A stretch of DNA of 64,000 nt from a virus. Made by a program: the position numbers and the translations under genes. Below, piece by piece: positions 59,516 through 64,000 of the stretch (its first letter is position 1; every line of letters starts with the position of its first letter). The notes beneath the pieces were generated by a model. That model ran no database searches and had not been told where the DNA came from. It saw nothing but the letters and a program-made list of their open reading frames with translations. The stretch spans positions 7,595-71,594 of the IMG/VR virus record IMGVR_UViG_3300008735_000003; one strand, 5' to 3'.

Positions 59516-59551
59516 AGCCGGAGAACCAAGCTATTGTGTTCTCCGGCTTTA
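59516..59551 (+). terminator. Hairpin, possible intrinsic terminator
   Basis: 11-bp perfect stem agccggagaac/gttctccggct with a short T tract. Confidence 0.55.
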
Positions 59552-59562
59552 TGATGTAAAAT
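59534..59562 (+). promoter_or_regulatory. sigma70-type promoter, leaderless
   Basis: TTGTGT-N17-TAAAAT, 6 nt upstream of ATG 59569; no SD. Confidence 0.55.
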
Positions 59563-59568
59563 AGTATT

Positions 59569-60036
59569 ATGTCAAGAAAAAGTTCAAGAACTGAAATAGG
59601 CGACCTTTATTACTTTAAAAGCGTTTCGGTTTCTGGCGAAACGAATATAGAGGCGGATACCGTAGATGATACGTTAACCTTCACGGAAGGGCATCATCGG
59701 GTTAATCTTACGACCACCCCCGCATCGGATGCTTTAACCATAGGGCTTTTAGATCACGCTGTAACTTCGAAGAGCGGAGCGTACACTCTAACATCTAGCG
59801 ACGATGTTGTTATATGCGATACGTCTGGAGCCGACTTTTCTTTAACTCTACCGACGGCTGTGGGAATAGGTGGAAAAAGATACTTCCTTAAAAAGGTCTC
59901 TGGCGATTCAAATACGTTGACGCTAGACGGTGACGGCTCCGAAACCATAGACGGTTCAGCTACGTGGACAACCACGACTCAATATGCCGGCGTTACCGTA
60001 ATGTCGGACAATACGAATTGGATTATTTTGAAGTAG
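59569..60036 (+). CDS. Virion protein with T4 gp9/gp10-like domain
   Basis: YTL...D.VICDTS...LTLP....G..Y..KK...TIDG.......Y..VT..SD..NW. Confidence 0.6.
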   Translation: MSRKSSRTEIGDLYYFKSVSVSGETNIEADTVDDTLTFTEGHHRVNLTTTPASDALTIGLLDHAVTSKSGAYTLTSSDDVVICDTSGADFSLTLPTAVGIGGKRYFLKKVSGDSNTLTLDGDGSETIDGSATWTTTTQYAGVTVMSDNTNWIILK

Positions 60037-60037
60037 T

Positions 60038-60631
60038 TTAAAGGATGTCTCGCATAGGGAGCCTCCTTATTCCAGACTGCAAAAATCTTTTATTTCCGTA
60101 CCAACTTTTATTCCCCTCGTCGTTATACATTTCAAGGTAATTTAAAGCCCTTTGGACGTTAAATAGGTAGGCAAAATTCCGGTCATTAAATTCTACGTCC
60201 GGGTCATACCCGTCTTCTATTAACTCATCCAACATATTTAAGGTACTAGGGCCAACTCTCCCGTCTACGATTAAATCATCGTCTATGCCAGGAAGAAGAA
60301 TGTTTATTGTTCTTTGCAAAACCCTTCCAGCTCCCCTTACGCCGCCATGTATGACGTGGTCAAAATAATATTTTGTTAAGAGGGGAAATTCGGATAGTAT
60401 ATGGCACTTACTAGGAACCCAATATTTAACTTTATATATCTCCTTAGCTTCATCCAACGTTAGATCCCTTATACTAGTAGGGTCTAAGTACCCGAGACTA
60501 TTTAAGTGCTCTTTATTGTAGTTGAAGGCGACACCATATTTAGTAGGTCCACCTCGATCATTCGGATTATTATAGTAACCAGATTCTAGCCCGACGGTGA
60601 ATTCAAAGCAATCATTAAATAATTTTCCCAT
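60038..60631 (-). CDS. Endolysin, glycoside hydrolase family 108 with peptidoglycan-binding motif
   Basis: ESGYYNNPNDRGGPTKYGV, LTLDEAKEIY..KYW, LQR, VDGRVGPSTL; start moved to ATG 60631. Confidence 0.88.
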   Translation of the reverse strand: MGKLFNDCFEFTVGLESGYYNNPNDRGGPTKYGVAFNYNKEHLNSLGYLDPTSIRDLTLDEAKEIYKVKYWVPSKCHILSEFPLLTKYYFDHVIHGGVRGAGRVLQRTINILLPGIDDDLIVDGRVGPSTLNMLDELIEDGYDPDVEFNDRNFAYLFNVQRALNYLEMYNDEGNKSWYGNKRFLQSGIRRLPMRDIL

Positions 60632-60637
60632 ACATTT

Positions 60638-60667
60638 ATTATATCTTCCAAGTATATTGAATGTCAA
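60638..60667 (-). promoter_or_regulatory. Consensus sigma70 promoter for the leaderless endolysin
   Basis: TTGACA(60667-60662)-N18-TATAAT(60643-60638)-N6-ATG. Confidence 0.8.
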
Positions 60668-60700
60668 AGAATCATTTTAATTACTTTCCCGTGACTTTTT

Positions 60701-60709
60701 TGTTAATAT
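60701..60709 (+). promoter_or_regulatory. Extended -10 element, leaderless
   Basis: TGtTAATAT-attgat-ATG 60716; TTACTT 17 bp upstream. Confidence 0.55.
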
Positions 60710-60715
60710 ATTGAT

Positions 60716-61423
60716 ATGGCAAATAATAATGTACCGACATCTTTAAGGGTTAATTCAAATGATGGAGTTAGTGCCTTTATATCATGGGAAATTTCGATTC
60801 CTACTGGCTATGAAGTAGAAGTCCATGCATCGGAGTCTAGTGGCGGAACGTATACGTTATATAAGACTGTTTCAGCTAAAACCGATAGGACGCAAGTAAC
60901 TGGGACCTCTGATCAATATGTAAAAGTTAGAAGTAAGCGTATATCGAACGGCGAACTATCGCTCTTCACCTCGCCTCCCGCCTATCTATCTAGAACTGCC
61001 GATGATACCATGAATCTCCCGGAGGAATTGCAATCGGTCGGAAGCAGCATACATCTAAACACTTCGGTCGCCTCCATAAATTTTGATGATGGCGGAGATT
61101 GGGTTGATATTTTAGAATGGACGGATATCCCAAGATTTAGAAAAATATCATCGATGACGATTACCGTAAATAATTCTCCGGCTAACCCCGTCTATAGACT
61201 CGTTGAACAAACTAAAGAAATGCAGGTATACAAAGAAAAAATGGTTCCGCAAGCGATAACTTTACCGGCTTCTGGTTCAATTTTAAAATTCACCCCCATT
61301 GTACAAATTCAAAAAAATTCAAACTTTAAGCTACAGATTAAATGCAACAGTGGTGGCGCTAATAGCGGAAATTTTACGTTAGATAATTTAGATTACATCG
61401 ATTACACCGTCGCCGGTTTTTAA
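60716..61423 (+). CDS. FN3-domain virion protein, paralog 1
   Basis: VPTSLRV..ISW..YEVEVH..YVKVRSKRI. Confidence 0.6.
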   Translation: MANNNVPTSLRVNSNDGVSAFISWEISIPTGYEVEVHASESSGGTYTLYKTVSAKTDRTQVTGTSDQYVKVRSKRISNGELSLFTSPPAYLSRTADDTMNLPEELQSVGSSIHLNTSVASINFDDGGDWVDILEWTDIPRFRKISSMTITVNNSPANPVYRLVEQTKEMQVYKEKMVPQAITLPASGSILKFTPIVQIQKNSNFKLQIKCNSGGANSGNFTLDNLDYIDYTVAGF

Positions 61424-61437
61424 TAAAGGAGAAAAGA

Positions 61438-62148
61438 ATGCCCAACACAAACGTCCCTACAAATTTACAGGTCGTTAATAACGATAAAGTAACGTCTACG
61501 GTTAAATGGGACTTGCCCATCGATCATGGTTATGTCACCGAAGTCCACCTATCAACGCAACCATCATCTGGCTTTACGCTTTTAGAAACAACCAAAGAAT
61601 TAAAAACATTACTTCGAATTAATCGAACCGATGCTTTCTATATTAAGGTAAGGAGCAAAAGGATTAATGGAAGTTCTCTTTCCGCTTTTACTTCTACGCT
61701 TTTAGTCGACATGACCGACTCTAGTTCGGTAACGTCGCAAGATGTCGTCGCCTTAGGTGGAACAAAACACAGCTCTAAATCCCAAGCAGCGATTACATTT
61801 AATTCAGATGGGACGGCCAAGGAAATTCACCTTGAAAGTAATATCCCACACTTTAGAAAAATCGATTCGATCGTATATAACGTTGTGGATAATGGGACCG
61901 TTCCGGGAAACCCGCTCTATACTTTAAATACGAAGCTCATAGGAGAGGCAAGTTATTCGGCGATCTCTACGGCAGCACTTTCTTACACATCCGGCGTAGA
62001 CGTTACCTTAACCTTTGATCCGCCCATTCAGGTAAAATCGAATAGCGACCTTCAATTAACAGTGACCGCTGATAATGGAACGGGCGCTTCTGCGACATTT
62101 GAAATGAAAACGATGTCGATCGTAGAATACTCTAACTCGCAGTTTTAA
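61438..62148 (+). CDS. FN3-domain virion protein, paralog 2
   Basis: VPTNLQV..VKW..YVTEVH..YIKVRSKRI; similar to 60716 along its length. Confidence 0.6.
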   Translation: MPNTNVPTNLQVVNNDKVTSTVKWDLPIDHGYVTEVHLSTQPSSGFTLLETTKELKTLLRINRTDAFYIKVRSKRINGSSLSAFTSTLLVDMTDSSSVTSQDVVALGGTKHSSKSQAAITFNSDGTAKEIHLESNIPHFRKIDSIVYNVVDNGTVPGNPLYTLNTKLIGEASYSAISTAALSYTSGVDVTLTFDPPIQVKSNSDLQLTVTADNGTGASATFEMKTMSIVEYSNSQF

Positions 62149-62158
62149 TTAAAATGTT

Positions 62159-62326
62159 GTGGAAATCGAAGACTTTGATCTCACTTTGACTCATAATTAT
62201 GACGAGCTTATTTTAGAGGTAAATGTAGAGAAAAGTAAAATAGACGGAAATATAGGCGTTTATGAATTAGAATTAAACTCTCCCGATGTCATCTTGGTGG
62301 CGGGAGAGTTATTTTTTTCGGAGTAA
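62159..62326 (+). CDS. Small acidic protein (55 aa), below the ORF-track size cutoff
   Basis: GTG..TAA frame MEIEDFDLTLTHNYDEL..ELFFSE fills the gap and stops 3 nt before the next ATG. Confidence 0.5.
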   Translation: MEIEDFDLTLTHNYDELILEVNVEKSKIDGNIGVYELELNSPDVILVAGELFFSE

Positions 62327-62329
62327 AAT

Positions 62330-64000
62330 ATGGCTAGTGAAGCTGCACAACAATTTTTTAGGGCTAGGCAAGGAGAGCGCTTTTCTATCCCCATGACACT
62401 TTCTAAGGTGGATGGGGAAAAACAAAGTCTTACCGATAAAACGATCGTGATCCGTATCACGGATATAAATAAAAACGAAGTCCTTTTTACTTATAATAGC
62501 GTTGATAATCCCGCAGAGATAGTTAAAGATCCAGATTGTGCTGCCAAATTTACCTTTAATTCTACGGCGGAGATGTCGCAAAATATAGGCGAATATATAA
62601 TCGAGTTTGATATTTATAATGCTACAGAATCCTTTAAAAGAAAATTTTGGTTTGAGTTCGATATACTTGAAACTATTGAGGGCCTTCCAGATGGGCCAGC
62701 TATAAACCAACCACAGGGGGTATGGGCTTACGCGGTCATAAGTATAGTCGATGATATTCCAGCACTCCTAGCCTTAACGAATGTGCGAAAGGGGGGAGCT
62801 GCCTACGTTTTGGATATAGATGGAAACGGAAATTCTCATATAATGGTGGCCAGCAAAGACGACCCACTAGTTATAGGAGACTGGATAGACCTGACCCAAG
62901 ATGGTATAGATGAGGGGATTGCTCTTGGAGATACTCTATATTTTTCAAAGGTGGTCGCCGATAAAACGTCGAGGGACGCTTTGCTTGGATTTAAAGCTGG
63001 GAAGTTTGTCCTAGTTCTCGACGACGATGGATTGGGAAATGCGAAATTATATTTCGCGCTAAAGGATCAAGATCAAATAACATCGGAAGCCGACTGGATC
63101 GACGTTGGTTTGTTTTCCGGAACTATTCCTGATGGCATTTCTGTGGTCGCCGATAAAGCGGCAAGGGACGCTTTGACCGGATTTAATGCCGGAAAGACCG
63201 TTCTCGTGAATGATCGTGGGGACGGAATACCAGCACTCTATATAGCGAAACTCGATGCTGCCTCTATTACAGGAGATAATGATTGGATCGACATCGCTTT
63301 AGAGGCGATCAATAGTATCCCGAGAACCTTTTTTGTAAAAAATGAAGCGGAAAGAGATGCCCTCCCTAATATGAAACGTGGGTCTTTCGTAGTCTCATAT
63401 GACCCATTAGACGAAATGGCGTGGACATTATACGTGGCCCTTCAAGATTTGCCAACCCAAGACTCGCATTGGCATGATGTAATTTATGGGGCCTTGGATA
63501 AGGCTTACCTCGACATGAGTTCCCAGGTCGTTAATACGATCGCTGAAAGAGACGCCCTTATAAACTTACGTGCTGGAAAAATGGTTATGGTGGCAGACGT
63601 CGGGGATGGTACTTGGGGACTCTTTATGTCATTGGCCGCCGGAAACGGCGATTCCATATCTTGGTTTGATATTTTAGATGTAAACCATCGTTACTATACC
63701 AATTCCCAAGTAGACGCCATGCTTCTTGCCTATCCAAAGCTAATAAGAACATTCGTGGATATAGCAACAAGAAATGTTGATACCTCTGGAATCAGGGCGG
63801 GAGAACTAGTATTCGTTTCCTCTCTCGTTGGCGGAGGATTCGGTCTATACCTAGCAAAACAAAATAATCCGACCTTAAATTCGCACTACCACGATCTTAC
63901 GGATTTAAATCATCTCTATTATACGAAGACTCAGGTCGACTCAACGCTCGCGGGATATGCCACACTTGCGGGAACATATTCGACGACCGACGCTGATAAT
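62330..64000 (+). CDS. 3'-truncated fibre-like protein with about six RDAL repeats; not in the ORF track
   Basis: GGAG SD, ATG 62330, open to the window end (557 codons); BppU-like N-terminus, then repeats of VVADKAARDAL..AGK.VLV.D.G.G..LY..W.D. Confidence 0.8.
   Translation, partial: MASEAAQQFFRARQGERFSIPMTLSKVDGEKQSLTDKTIVIRITDINKNEVLFTYNSVDNPAEIVKDPDCAAKFTFNSTAEMSQNIGEYIIEFDIYNATESFKRKFWFEFDILETIEGLPDGPAINQPQGVWAYAVISIVDDIPALLALTNVRKGGAAYVLDIDGNGNSHIMVASKDDPLVIGDWIDLTQDGIDEGIALGDTLYFSKVVADKTSRDALLGFKAGKFVLVLDDDGLGNAKLYFALKDQDQITSEADWIDVGLFSGTIPDGISVVADKAARDALTGFNAGKTVLVNDRGDGIPALYIAKLDAASITGDNDWIDIALEAINSIPRTFFVKNEAERDALPNMKRGSFVVSYDPLDEMAWTLYVALQDLPTQDSHWHDVIYGALDKAYLDMSSQVVNTIAERDALINLRAGKMVMVADVGDGTWGLFMSLAAGNGDSISWFDILDVNHRYYTNSQVDAMLLAYPKLIRTFVDIATRNVDTSGIRAGELVFVSSLVGGGFGLYLAKQNNPTLNSHYHDLTDLNHLYYTKTQVDSTLAGYATLAGTYSTTDADN

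Noticed and set aside
62260-62710. Two minus-strand ORFs near the window end
   Set aside because: They overlap the long + strand ORF from 62330, which has an SD and repeat structure.
1-64000. Stop-codon recoding (alternative genetic code)
   Set aside because: Coding density is very high in the standard code; genes end in TAG or TAA directly before the next start and hallmark genes are unbroken.
1-64000. tRNA, rRNA, integrase or IS elements
   Set aside because: Intergenic gaps are under about 100 bp with no cloverleaf seen by eye, and no recombinase or transposase motifs were found; a covariance-model search was not run.

Overview
The window is the virion-morphogenesis region of a large, AT-rich, contractile-tailed (myovirus-type) bacteriophage. 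It uses the standard genetic code and is almost entirely on the + strand. Gene order: head module (portal, TerS candidate/TerL, prohead protease, scaffold-like proteins, decoration protein, HK97-type major capsid), neck, sheath, tube, tail chaperone, tape measure, baseplate hub, an embedded divergent sigma-70-family gene, gp25, baseplate J and wedge, paralogous fibre/chaperone cassettes, holin and spanin-like genes, further fibre proteins and an antisense GH108 endolysin. Main observations: (1) a K-x-A motif strongly enriched in head-module proteins, together with shared N-terminal leaders and shared C-terminal acidic-hydrophobic tails, which suggests a protease-processed capsid cargo system that includes Gly-rich membrane-active peptides; (2) a HiPIP-type [4Fe-4S] domain at the end of the first gene; (3) a -1 frameshift at A_AAA_AAG whose 137-codon extension is missing from the ORF track; (4) sigma70-type promoters 6-7 nt upstream of ATGs (leaderless genes), including a perfect TTGACA-N18-TATAAT in front of the endolysin; (5) fibre+chaperone cassettes flanked by DNA homology. 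Product calls come from motif recognition and gene order only; no database search was run, and motif counts are by eye.
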